DNA of 64,000 bases from Chrysomallon squamiferum (taxonomy: Eukaryota; Animalia; Mollusca), in the NCBI GenBank assembly GCA_012295275.1, contig CM022678.1, positions 13,454,001 through 13,518,000 of the forward strand, written 5' to 3'. The notes beneath the pieces were generated by a model. That model was given only the letters and a program-made list of their open reading frames with translations. It did not search any database and was not told the origin of the DNA. A program made the position numbers and the translations under genes. This document shows, piece by piece, positions 12,725 through 24,300 of the stretch. The first letter of the stretch is position 1. The number at the start of each line of letters is the position of its first letter.

Positions 12725-15335
12725 TAGCCATAACATCATCATATTCAGGGGAGACAAAAATCTGTTTTATTTAAGAGATTGTTTTTTATTTGTTTAAAAT
12801 TCTGACTTACTCCACTGCTTGAATAAACTGTTCAAGGAATTTTGAGTAAATTTCTCTCTGGACAAAAATTCTGCTAGTACATAAACATATCTCTCCCTGA
12901 TTGATATAACTTGACCTGTAAGAATGAATAAACAAATTAATAATAAATAAATACAAAAATACTATATACATGAATCATGATACTAATTAATGTACACATA
13001 AAAATAAAAATAAGTAAATAAGTAATAAAAAAGTATATTTGAATCAGTGTCACTGAGTAAATGAGAAATCATTAATGAATGGACATGAAAGAATCAATAA
13101 ACAGATATGCAAATTATTAAGGTTTATGAATATGTAATAAATTTAGTATATTATACCATTTCTGTACAAAATCACTGTGTTTAGCTTTTAATAAGAAACA
13201 AATTAAATAATAATTATACAAAACATAATTAAGCTGTTTTATATTAATGTTTTATATAAATTTACAATAAGCTCACCTGACAACATTCTGAACACAAGTT
13301 TCAATGTCAACATCACTGAATATTATAGCAGGGTTTTTACCTCCTAGCTGAAAACAGTAAACATAAAATCAAAACATTAATAACAACAACAAAAGCAATC
13401 TCATAGTAATAATAATAAAAAATAACAACAATGCAATCTTAATAACAATGATAATGTAACAACAACACATATTTTATTTCACAAAAAGTTGTAAATTATA
13501 CCACCAAAATGAAATACGAGATAAAATGTTCGTGAATATTAGTACAAACCAATCTCTCTCTCTCTCTGTGTATATATATATTTTTTGTTCCCCCCCAAAT
13601 GTTGAACAAGAGAGATAACCCAGCATACACTCTCAGGATAACTATTTGTGTCAGAACCTACTCTGGTCTACATAATTAATAAATTATGCTAATTACTAAG
13701 AAACAAACCTCCAGTGATAACTTTTTACAAAATGGTGCTGAAGCAATGCGCAGTTTCTCTGCTGTCACTGTACCACCAGTGAATGAAATCAGACCAACAT
13801 CAGGATGTTTCACAACAGCTTCCCCTGCCTTCGGCCCCACACCAAACACCATATTGACCACACCCGCAGGCAGACCTTTTAATATAATTAATAAAATTAA
13901 TAAATAAAAAAGCAGAAAAATTAATTATGTTACTTTTGAATGTGAGTATATGGTAGGTATGCATGTGTGTGTGTGCCTGTACAACTGCATTGTGTATATG
14001 AGTGTGTATGTGTATACATGTGTACATGTATGTATGTGTGTGTGTGTGTGTGTGTGTGGATGCATTTTTGTATCTACTACAATTTATGGAGAGTTTTCAT
14101 GTACAACTGTGTTTTATGAGTATGTATCTTAAAAATGTGTTAAATCATAAAATTAATAGATGTACTGAAATTGAAATGTAACTTGTAGTGAATATAAATT
14201 AAAGATTAATGATAGAAATGTAAATTACAAATATAAGCTGAAGTATAATTGTAAATTATAGAGGTAATATAGCATAATTATATAAAAAACAATAAACTGA
14301 ATTATAGAGAATCAAACTACACTGATGTGTAAATTAAGACAAACTGAATCATAGACACAGCCACAGTGAAACAAACAAAACATAAAATTTCAACAAAACC
14401 TGCTTCGTTGAAGATTTCACACAGTTTGAACGCTGACACCGATGTCAACTCACTGGGTTTCACCACACAGGTGTTGCCGAAGGCAATAGCAGGGGCCACC
14501 TTGAAGGTTAGGAGATACAGGGGCAGATTCCAGGGGGTAATGAGGCCAGCCACGCCTACAGGCTGTTTTATTGTGTAATTAAAGGCATTTGCACTTTCCA
14601 TCTGAGATGATCTTCAAAGTACATAAATAACAGATTATATATGTGTATTTGGGGTTTTCTTTAATTTTCTTTAATTATAATTATATGGCCTTTTTATTTC
14701 CATTTCAATAAAAAGTGAAGCATTTCTGTAAATAAAGTATATGTATCTTGATCTGTTAAAATTAATAACATTTTCAGTGAAAATATGGGACTCTTATAAA
14801 ATCTTGCACAAAGTATCATTTATATTAGAATGATTTATTTAATTTTGTTTTCCTGTTAATGAAAACAATGAAAAAACTTTACAAAAAAAAAAAATAATAA
14901 TAATTTTCTGAAAATAATCCATGTGCTTCATTTTAAGCCATGTAAAAGCCACATTTTGATTCAGGTACAAGTATGATTTTGAGCAATTTACAAAGATTAA
15001 AAAACAAAAGTGTTTTGTAACCAGTGAATTGTCTTTATATACCTGTTTACTTCATACAAAATACTTGAGGCAAAAAATCTGAAATTGTGAACTGCTCTAG
15101 GAATGTCGACAACCGTGGACAGCCACACAGGCTTGCCCTGGTCGCGTGACTCCAGCGCTGCAAACTCGTCCAGTCTCAGCTCCAGCACGTCTGCGATGCG
15201 ACGTAGTAGCTTACATCTTCTGTCTGGCGGCGTGGATGACCAGCTGACCAGAAATAAAAAATAAGAAATTAAATATCCTGACAAGGAGGAATAGTAATAA
15301 ATAATAATAATAATAAATAAATAAAAAGAATAAAC

Positions 15336-15400
<65 letters not shown>

Positions 15401-15835
15401 ATTAATTAATTAGTAATTAATTAGTATCTGGTATTAAATGAAATAAACTCACTAATCAGGATTGATGCTGGAATCAAATGTTTATCAGGAAAACACTGAC
15501 CCTCCATTCAGTTTTACAAAATGTAAAAACAGAACAAGATCTAAGAACAGTTATGAAATGCGGGTAATAAACGAGCAATGAGTTTAGTCTAGTGGTCAGA
15601 GCAGTTGTCAAATTAGATATAGTATGAATAATAATTTTATTTTAATCATTTTAAATTGGGATATTCAACAATTACTTAGTAATTTGGTATGATATGTGAT
15701 TTCCTACCTGTCTGCATTCAACCAGAACATAAAATGATAAATGTTTTCCTGTCTGTGGTTAGGGATATAAAAAGAATTACTTCTTGCTAACTGATAAGAA
15801 TACTCTACAGAATTATTTGGGTTTGTTTAATTTAC

Positions 15836-15874
<39 letters not shown>

Positions 15875-16635
15875 TATTATTATTAATAATATTATTATTA
15901 TTGTTAATGTTAATTGTGTTTGTGTGTTGTTAAAGTTTTATAACTGTAACCATTAACTACTAACATAAAAAATATGCTGAGACATCATTACTTACTCACA
16001 ATAAATTTACATATGACCTTGACCTTTTGTAGCACAATAAAGATTAGTTTTCATCTTATCACATGTAACTAACACAAGAAGTAACTGAATACTATATTTC
16101 TGTAAAACTATGTCTCTGCTAAACAATATTTATATAACCATTTTATTTTTATCACATTTGAAATATATATCTATAGTTAATGTAATATAAAATATAATTT
16201 TTAAATTAGTAAAAACCACATAAATGATAATAAATTATCATTTATTTGGTGTTTATTATTATTATTATTATTATTACTATTATTGATACAGTAGATACAA
16301 CTTTTATTAACAACAGTAATATTAATTTAGAATTAACACTGACAGACATAAGAAATATAAAGCTCTATTATATATACACACATTACATGACATGGACATA
16401 CATTTAAATCTGTTTAACAGGAAAATACCCCTTCCCCTACATTTTTGAACTTTTTCTACGTTGTTTACCCTTTGAAGGCCTCTTTTGCAGCTTTCACTGC
16501 CTCGTTAACTTCGAACTCGCCACTGTCAGGAATTTTCGCCCACACTTCACCAGTGGATGGGTCATAACTATCTATATGATTAGTAGTTTCCTCAAATTTG
16601 CCATTTATAAAGTTGCGCACTGTCACTTCTACCAT
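9108..16635 (-). CDS. ALDH8A1: Aldehyde dehydrogenase family 8 member A1 (2-aminomuconic semialdehyde dehydrogenase), 10 coding exons, 483 aa
   Basis: Exons (minus): 16469-16635, 15043-15243, 14400-14611, 13709-13875, 13277-13347, 12811-12915, 12067-12232, 11544-11657, 9581-9676, 9108-9260. All are GT-AG with consistent phases and total 1452 nt. The translation has IDSYDPSTGEV, ESRDQGK, DIPRAVHNFRFFA, GLITPWNLPLYLLTFKVAPA, FTGG, LELGGKNP (catalytic Glu), NQGEICLCTSR (catalytic Cys), EEIFGPV and NCWLVRDLNMPFGG. These closely track human ALDH8A1 as recalled. Confidence 0.96.
10637..11285 (-). mobile_element. GC-richer insert in ALDH8A1 intron 8, probable retroelement relic
   Basis: There is an abrupt compositional shift from the AT-rich intron. 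On the minus strand it ends in an (ATT)n tail (10580-10636) and contains several short hairpins. No recognisable protein motif was found, so the family is unassigned. Confidence 0.4.
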
Positions 16636-16639
16636 GTTG

Positions 16640-16890
16640 CATGAAGTTATCCTTTACGGCACAAAAAACTCGAGTGCTATACTTATTTATATGTATAAAT
16701 TATAATGATAAATATAATTTCGGACATGATCGGATACACTCGTTTCTTCCCGAGGTTATCCGATCTCTTCCGAATGATCAACCCGCCTTCGTTTATTGGT
16801 CCAATGTATTTGTGGGCGTGGTGACTTTGTGACCCATTTTAATTAATATCGTCTATTACATGGAGTGTGACACGTCGGATCAACGGTGAC
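16640..16890 (-). promoter_or_regulatory. Putative ALDH8A1 proximal promoter
   Basis: CpG-enriched segment immediately upstream of the ATG, with ATTGG/CCAAT (about 16795-16805) and a GC-box-like GGGCGTGG (about 16814-16821). Confidence 0.45.
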
Positions 16891-17469
16891 TTAACTATTT
16901 TTTTTAAAACAGTCATTCATTTATGTTTTAAAAAATAGAAAGTCACAGTTACAATACAGGGGCGGATCTACACATTCAAAGGGGCCACCTTATGTATCGA
17001 GATTTTCAAAATTTAAAGGAGAAAATGTAATAAATAAAATAAAATAATAAAATGTGAAAATTCTTTGAGTGGAGTAAAACTGTGGACAGTCTGATTATTA
17101 TTTCTTAAAAAGAACTGACAAAACTAATTTTTCACGACAGTCATCTAGGCGCTAATATGTAGAGTCCAAAGTATAATTAGATTATTATTATTATTATTAT
17201 TATTATTATCGTTGCTGTTGTTGTTGTCGTTGCTGTTGTTGTTCATTTTTTAAATTTATTTTTATTATTATATTCTTTTATTTTTGTTTTTGTTTTTGCG
17301 GTTTGTAACATTTATAATGAGCTTTCAGCACTAATTTATTTACTTCTTTTTAACTCGAAATGAGCAGGCCAGAATTGCACGGTCTGTTGATGAATGACGC
17401 AAAAAAAATATAGTCCACTTCGAAATATAGACTTCAAATTGTAGCAACGAAAAGATAACTGAACATCCA

Positions 17470-17935
17470 AGTCCCCTGCATGTGCAGTAGTAACCTCACC
17501 GTGGTGCAGTGGTGAACAATGAGGCGCCTTGTTTGCCGTGAAGTGGACCATGGGACCCTGGTGGTTGAGTCACGGTTAATGTCTGCAAACGAGCACATTG
17601 CCATTGACAACACACCACTTTGGCTGAACTTAAAAATAAATTTAACTCAACCCCCGAAGAGACCCTGAAAAGCCTTCTGATGAAGAAACTGCAAATACTG
17701 TGAAGAAAACAAAATGTATTTTTTCAAAAACATGGCCCATTAACTACATGGCTCAGGTTTCTCGTCATTGCGTCAGATAATGGCGAAGCCTTGAACAAAT
17801 TCACCTTTTATGATAGAGAAGGGATGGCCGGTTAGCCTAAAAATGTTAAAAATAAAACCCTCAAGAATGGTTCATTGATGGTAGGATGCTCAACATAGAG
17901 TCATTCTAAAAATTTACTTTAGTCAAGAATCTTAA
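17470..17935 (+). mobile_element. 5' fragment (ORF1 N-terminus) of a Nimb/I-clade non-LTR retrotransposon, degenerate
   Basis: A broken frame from 17749 reads WLRFLVIASDNGEALNK/SPFMIEKG/AG*PKNVK..TLKNGSLMVGCST*SHSKNLL. This fits the recalled Nimb/I ORF1 pattern WPRFLVI...KLSPF.I.KG...G.PK.VK.L..G.LLV...S..LL. Confidence 0.65.
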
Positions 17936-19013
17936 ATGCTGGATAGTGTGTCTAGCAATCACTGGTTTGCTAGCAACCTATGTCTGCTTTATGCTCTTCT
18001 CATTTGCGATGGGGTTTCTCACAGGTGTATCACTGAGAATAGTTATTTTTCCCTTTCGGGATGAATATGACCCCAGTGTGGCTCAGTGGACGCCATAGAA
18101 AATGGTTTATTGGTCCCCAGCACCACTTTTATCATGTTCAGTAGTCCAGAGAACCACATGGTTGATTGACTACAACAAAGTAATCAAAGAAATTTCTCGT
18201 AAAAAAGACAAACCTTTTCAGGACATATGAAATAAATACTATTACCCCAATATTAAATTGTACCCAAAACACAAAAAGTAGTTAAAAAAATAATTTTTTA
18301 ATGGTAAATTGATGGCCTGCTCCACAGATCTAATCTGGAAGTATGCTAAACATATTTAGAATACCTTTTAACAAAAAAATTATAAATGACATTATTCGAC
18401 ATAAGATACGCCTAAATGAGTTACATAGCTCTATTTAGAAAATATCCCAAATGAAAAAAATAATGTAAAAAACAGTTTCATATATTAACGACTAACATTA
18501 AATGGAAAAAAATAAATTAATAAAGTAAGCGTTTAGAAATATACTCAGAAATAAAACTAAATGTATGTTTTTGTGTCCATATCCGTACGTTTCTTTTTTC
18601 TTTTTTCACGCTATGAATGTGTGCATATCTATAATCTATATCTATTTCTATATATCTGTTTGTATGTATGTACGCACACATATCCACAGTATTATATATA
18701 ATTAATAGTTTTGGGTTGAAATAAGGACATGTGGCATTCGCGATGAACAACTGCGATATAATTCCTTAAGCTTCATGTCACAGTGTTATGGGGTTGAAAT
18801 AAATTACATTCGTGATAAATAACTGCGACATAACTTATTACGGTTCACGTCTATGTAAACATTCTAACATCGAGGTCAAATGTCAACGTTGTTTACAACA
18901 CCCTAGCACGTCTAGTGCGATTAAAACCAGTTTATTTTTAGAAATATGTCACAATAATCTATATCACACTCTATGTATGTGTGTGTGTGTGTGTACATAT
19001 ACATATATATATA

Positions 19014-19255
19014 TGCTGACACTCCCCACTAATTACTTAAAACAAAAAAAAAATTAAATACTAACACGTTAAACATATAATTATATAAAAGTAGAATAGA
19101 GAATTAATAGATATTGCTTCCTATTCTATAAAGGTTCAAAGTGAGAAAGAGGTCACAAACATATATATCACACTTCTTTAATATATATATATAATAGTGA
19201 AATAGATGTCAGTATTTAATGGAGTTTTTAAAGTAATTAGTGGGGAATGCCAGCA
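19014..19255. mobile_element. MITE/foldback-like element with about 50-bp imperfect terminal inverted repeats
   Basis: TGCTGACACTCCCCACTAATTACTTAAAA...ATTAAATACTAACA (19014-19067) matches the reverse complement of TGTCAGTATTTAATGGAGTTTTTAAAGTAATTAGTGGGGAATGCCAGCA (19207-19255). No clear target-site duplication. Confidence 0.6.
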
Positions 19256-21307
19256 AGACAAATTAAAATGACTGCCTCCCATTGGGAGCTTTCGTTAGAA
19301 TTGTGGACTATATGGTCATGTGACATGACTATATATGGCAGCTGCTGCCTAGAATTTAAGTGGGAACTTTCAGCGACAGACTCGCCTCTGACTTGTCAGA
19401 CAGCGTGCCTGCCTTAGACGTGCGTCACCACAGCTCACGTTGATCAGCACATTAAACAAGTTCCTGGGCACTGCAAGACCTCAAACAGTTTTTAGTGAAC
19501 ATAAGCATTTTTTATATTTGGTTAATAATGTTTCACATATGTGCTACAAATCAGCTAAGATCAGTAATTAATTTAGGATCATTTTAATATGTCTACTAAA
19601 AAGTGATAATTAAGATGTTATGTTATTAAACCTGAAACCATAATCATATTTTACCGCACAGTTTATTAAATGTCTTGGCATAACTTTAGTGACAGTGGTT
19701 ACAGTTTATAATAATTAACATGATCTGTATTAATCTTCACGTGGATATATACTGAAAAATAAACATGACTGATACACAGAGTATTAACTCAGTAAACACA
19801 GCTGATACATATTCATTATTTCTGTTGAGGCGGCTAACCTGGCTCTGCGGGGTGACACTGACATCATTGACAATGTTATACATGTTTTATATTTACGTGT
19901 AATTGTTAATTTACATGTGCTGGTATTTTTATGATATTCGTTATTCGTTTCTTTAAATATAAATGTATTTATGTCCTCAATATAACCAAAATATGAATAA
20001 CTGTTACAGGAAGTTCATGTCTGTATGTATTTAAAAGGCTTATGGTTCAACTATTATTAAAGTCTTTTATATGTATAAATGACTTTTACAGACTTTTACA
20101 ATGTAATTAGTTCTATTTAACGTAAGTGGTAAAAATGATTACAGATAGATGTATCGTATTAGTAATAGTATGCCAGGTGTCCAAGTGCCAGAAATAGGTG
20201 AAATCACCCATAAATCTGTTATCATCTATGTGTTGATCTTCCTACACACGACAGAGAACCCCTGGTATTACATAAACAATGGGCTTAAAATTCCAAACTG
20301 AAGTTAATTACTTTTGTTAAATATTACTTTTAATGAATTGGTGAAACTGATATCAGTTAAGAGTGAATGAACTTCAATAACTTTTTAAGTGATTTATATT
20401 GATAGACTATTTCATTAGTATCAGACTGAGTGGTACTATATTAATGGCATTACAAGTTTCATAGTATGTGAATTCTACTTGAACGTATGAACATGTAATA
20501 ATATGGAATATTGAACTGTAGCAGTTTTACTCATGGATAACTCCTCATGGAAGCCGGGTTTTGTATTGGTTTGGTTTTTGTTTGATTTGTTTTGATTTTA
20601 CAGCTGTAGAATCTTTATTATTCTTCTTTAAATTAAATACGGTTTCATTAACCTGGTCAGTTTGTCCTCCTCCATGTTGTAAATGTTAATATTTCTACAC
20701 CAGGGATTATCTAGAAATAAAGTCCTTTAATTTGAAACCCTGTCTTGTTTGTTTATTTCTTGGATTTTATGTATTAAGTAATTAAGTGAGTTACGCACAT
20801 ATATGTGTGTATGTATGTGTGTGTGTGTGTGTGTATATATATATTGTGTTAGATTAGTGTTATATATGTGTGTGTCTATCTATACATGCAGTTGTAATAC
20901 AACTATGTGTGTTTATGAGAGAAATGGGATGCAGTATCGATTCATTTTATCGCGGCCTGCAGATTACTTCAAGTTTCATTCATTGCTGAAAGCAAATACT
21001 TTAAGGGAATCTGCAAACATATAATTATGATTCTTTCTGCGAGACAAGTCTATACACTGTTTTTAATAATGTTAAAACAATAAATAAGATGTTGTTAATA
21101 AATAAATAAAGGTATTATTTTCAAAAAGTTAACAGAAAAGTATTATTTATCTTTATTTGTTTCAAAATGAATACTAATTTGATATTAAGTTATGATATTT
21201 CAGTATTTCTTTTATTATCGTACTGAATTGTTGTTTTTATTAAGGAGGATAAACAGAGGACATTGACTTGTCTGGTCTTCAAACCATTTTCGATTGAAAC
21301 TATCATT

Positions 21308-21360
21308 AGAGGTCATTTCGTGCACGTCAGTGTCACATGATCAGTTAATGGCGGACGATG
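21308..21360 (+). promoter_or_regulatory. Putative RagC/D core promoter and first exon
   Basis: Contains CACGTCA (21323-21329), M-box/CLEAR-like GTCACATGATC (21332-21342), Inr-like TCAGTT (21341-21346), YY1/TISU-like ATGGCGG (21348-21354), then ATG|GTAAGT. Confidence 0.6.
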
Positions 21361-24300
21361 GTAAGTTGAGGAATAGTATTTCCTTGAATTGCTGTTTAAT
21401 GTATTAGTTTTGCAAAATGACATTTATCGCTTGTCTACTGTGTTTCAAAAATGGAACGAGTTTTTGTCAGACTTCTGCTGCTTAAAGTTGTCAGTGGAGT
21501 GTTTAATGTTAAACTTCCTAGTTGAAAGAGTTTCAGTTTGACCGTAACTTGTTTTTTTTTTTTTTTTTTTTAAATTTTGTTTGTTTGTTTTGTTTTTTTC
21601 ATTTCCAGTTTGAGAATAATTGAAGTTTCAGTATCATTAATATGACTGTGTTTTTAATTTTATTGCGTAATTTTTTTCTTAATGTTATATTAGATGCGAA
21701 ATTTTTTTTTTTTTAAATAAATAACTAACAAATTGTTTAATAATAATAATAAATAAATAAATAAATAAACCTGTAGATGAAATGGCATTTTCAGTTTTCA
21801 GTAAATAAATGATGAAATAAAAATTAAAATAATAATTAATAACTTGAACTAATTGAAGACATTATATGCATATATCATATAGATAGGTAGATAAATAGTT
21901 ATTAATATAGAAGACAAACAGACACATTTACAATATGTATTGAAAAAACTACTTTTTAAATTACAGATAGCACCTTAAATTATTTGTTTTTGTTGGGTGC
22001 AGTCAGAGGGAATGAGCATTTTATTGTATTAATTTAACAACAATATATTGTGTTATGTATATTTGCAGCTGTATTAACTTGTGATCAAAGTTATTATTTT
22101 TACCATTTCACAACAACATTTTTTGGTACAAATATTCCACCCCAGAAACAAAATGTGGAATTGACTACATGAGTTAGTTTATTTCTGTAGATAATCACAG
22201 CAGTCCTGAGTGGATATATCAGATGATTATAAGCCAATATTAAATAATTAATTTATGATTTATAACTAAATATACTTCATAAATTGCCATTTAAAATGTC
22301 ATTAATTTTCTCTCATTTTTGTTTGTTTCCAGTCTTTTATGGATAATGATTCAGGTGGGGCCTTTGTAGGGTCATTTCCAAAAGGTTTTGGGTACGGACC
22401 AGATGAGAATGAGGTGGATGGGGCTGCAGCAAGTTCTGAAGACAAACCCAGGATTTTGTTGATGGGTTTACGAAGGTGGGTTTTTACTTATGTAAGTGGG
22501 TTTTAGAATAGGAATTACTGCAGGATTTTGGTTGATGGATTGTTACACTTTCAGAGACAAACTCATGATTTTGTTGTTAGGTTTTAGTTAGGGATAGTTT
22601 AGAAATGTGGCTTTTACTGACAGTTACGTAAAATCAGAATATTCTGGATATAGCTAGGATTTTCTAGTTACATTTTTAGTATATGTTAGGTAGATTCCCC
22701 AAAATACAGAATTTTATTACTGGATTGGCATATAAACCACAGTTGTGGGCAGTATGATATTATTCAAAATGTTGATCTATGACTTTTGCATTTTATTCTT
22801 TTGTTACAGTTAGAAAGAAATATATCATGGATTTCTTATAGACTAACTTTTTTTGCAGTTTCACAGTAAATTTATTAAACGTGTAAAAATAAGGCAGTTT
22901 TGCAATTCAGTACTCATTTTAATTTTTTGCTTTTTTTACATTTCATTGATCTAAATGCCTGCATTATGCATCCTGAAGAATTTTTGTTATTAGTGAGTTT
23001 AAATAAACAAAGTATTAAATAATATGTTGAATGTTTTTATCAGTGTACAATGTTATGAATTATTCATTTGTTTATTTTATAATTTGTTTATTTTGTTTGT
23101 TTATAGGAGTGGAAAGTCATCAATTCAAAAAGTAGTTTTCCATAAAGTGTCACCAAATGAAACATTGTTTCTGGAAAGTTCTAAGAAGATTGTCAAAGAT
23201 GGTGAGATTCTTAGTCAAAATTATGTTTTTCATAAATGGACACACATGCATGCACATGTGGGTATGTGCACTCACTCACAGACACACACACAGATAAATA
23301 TGCAAATATGTGCACATGCACATCCTGATATAATGTGTGAACAGAATAAATAAACAGAATTTTAAGCTATACATGCAACATACACATTTTTTTTTTCAGA
23401 AATAAAAAACCACCTTCAAAAAAGAAAACTAATGACAGTTGATGGTTTATATTTGTTGTTATTTATATTTGTTGTATTTTAGATGTTTCTAACAGCTCGT
23501 TTGTTCAGTTTCAAATCTGGGACTTGCCTGGGCACATCGACTTCTTCGACCCAACATTTGACTCGGAAAATATTTTTGGTGGATGTGGAGCATTGATATT
23601 TGTAATAGATGCACAGGTATGATACCAGTGTTATAAATAGTTATGACCTAAAGACTAAAACCAAAATATTTAGCTAATGTTATTTATTTTATTTTTTTAT
23701 ATGTTTCCTAAAAAATTCACTGTAGTTTTATAAAAGTAAATGGAGATGAATATTACTTGTATTTCAGATTGCTGAAACTTCTGCAAAGAAGTCTTTTATT
23801 AAATCAGAATTTTCTCAATACTGCATAATCTACATATATATTAACATAAAATTGGAATCTCTCAGACTAATAATCAAAGCTGTTCTGTGTTTATTTAATG
23901 ACATTTGTGAAAGGAGACAGAATCACAGAATACAGGACTTTTAAAGAAAGAATGATAAATCTGGTGATCTACCGAGTGATATTTGGCCATTTTTTTTTCT
24001 GTATAGTGCAATAATTAGTGATAAATTGTTTGAGAAAAGTATGCTGTCTTGTAATAATGACATCACAGATAGAGAAAATATGGATCAAAATACGATATAA
24101 ATAAAGTTATGAAATGTAAAACCTCAGTAAACTTCTGAAACCAGTGTTATGCTTGGTTTCTTCTTTGATAGTTCTTTTTATTTCAGTTTCTTTATTTATT
24201 GAATTTTTGTTATTTAATAAAAATTTCTCCTCAGGATGACTACATGGAAGCCCTGTCACGTCTGCACTCCACCGTGTCACGAGCGTACAAAATCAACACA

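Noticed and set aside
15578-15605. tRNA A-box-like GTTTAGTCTAGTGGTCAGAGCA
   Set aside because: There is no B-box or cloverleaf. At most it is a decayed SINE head.
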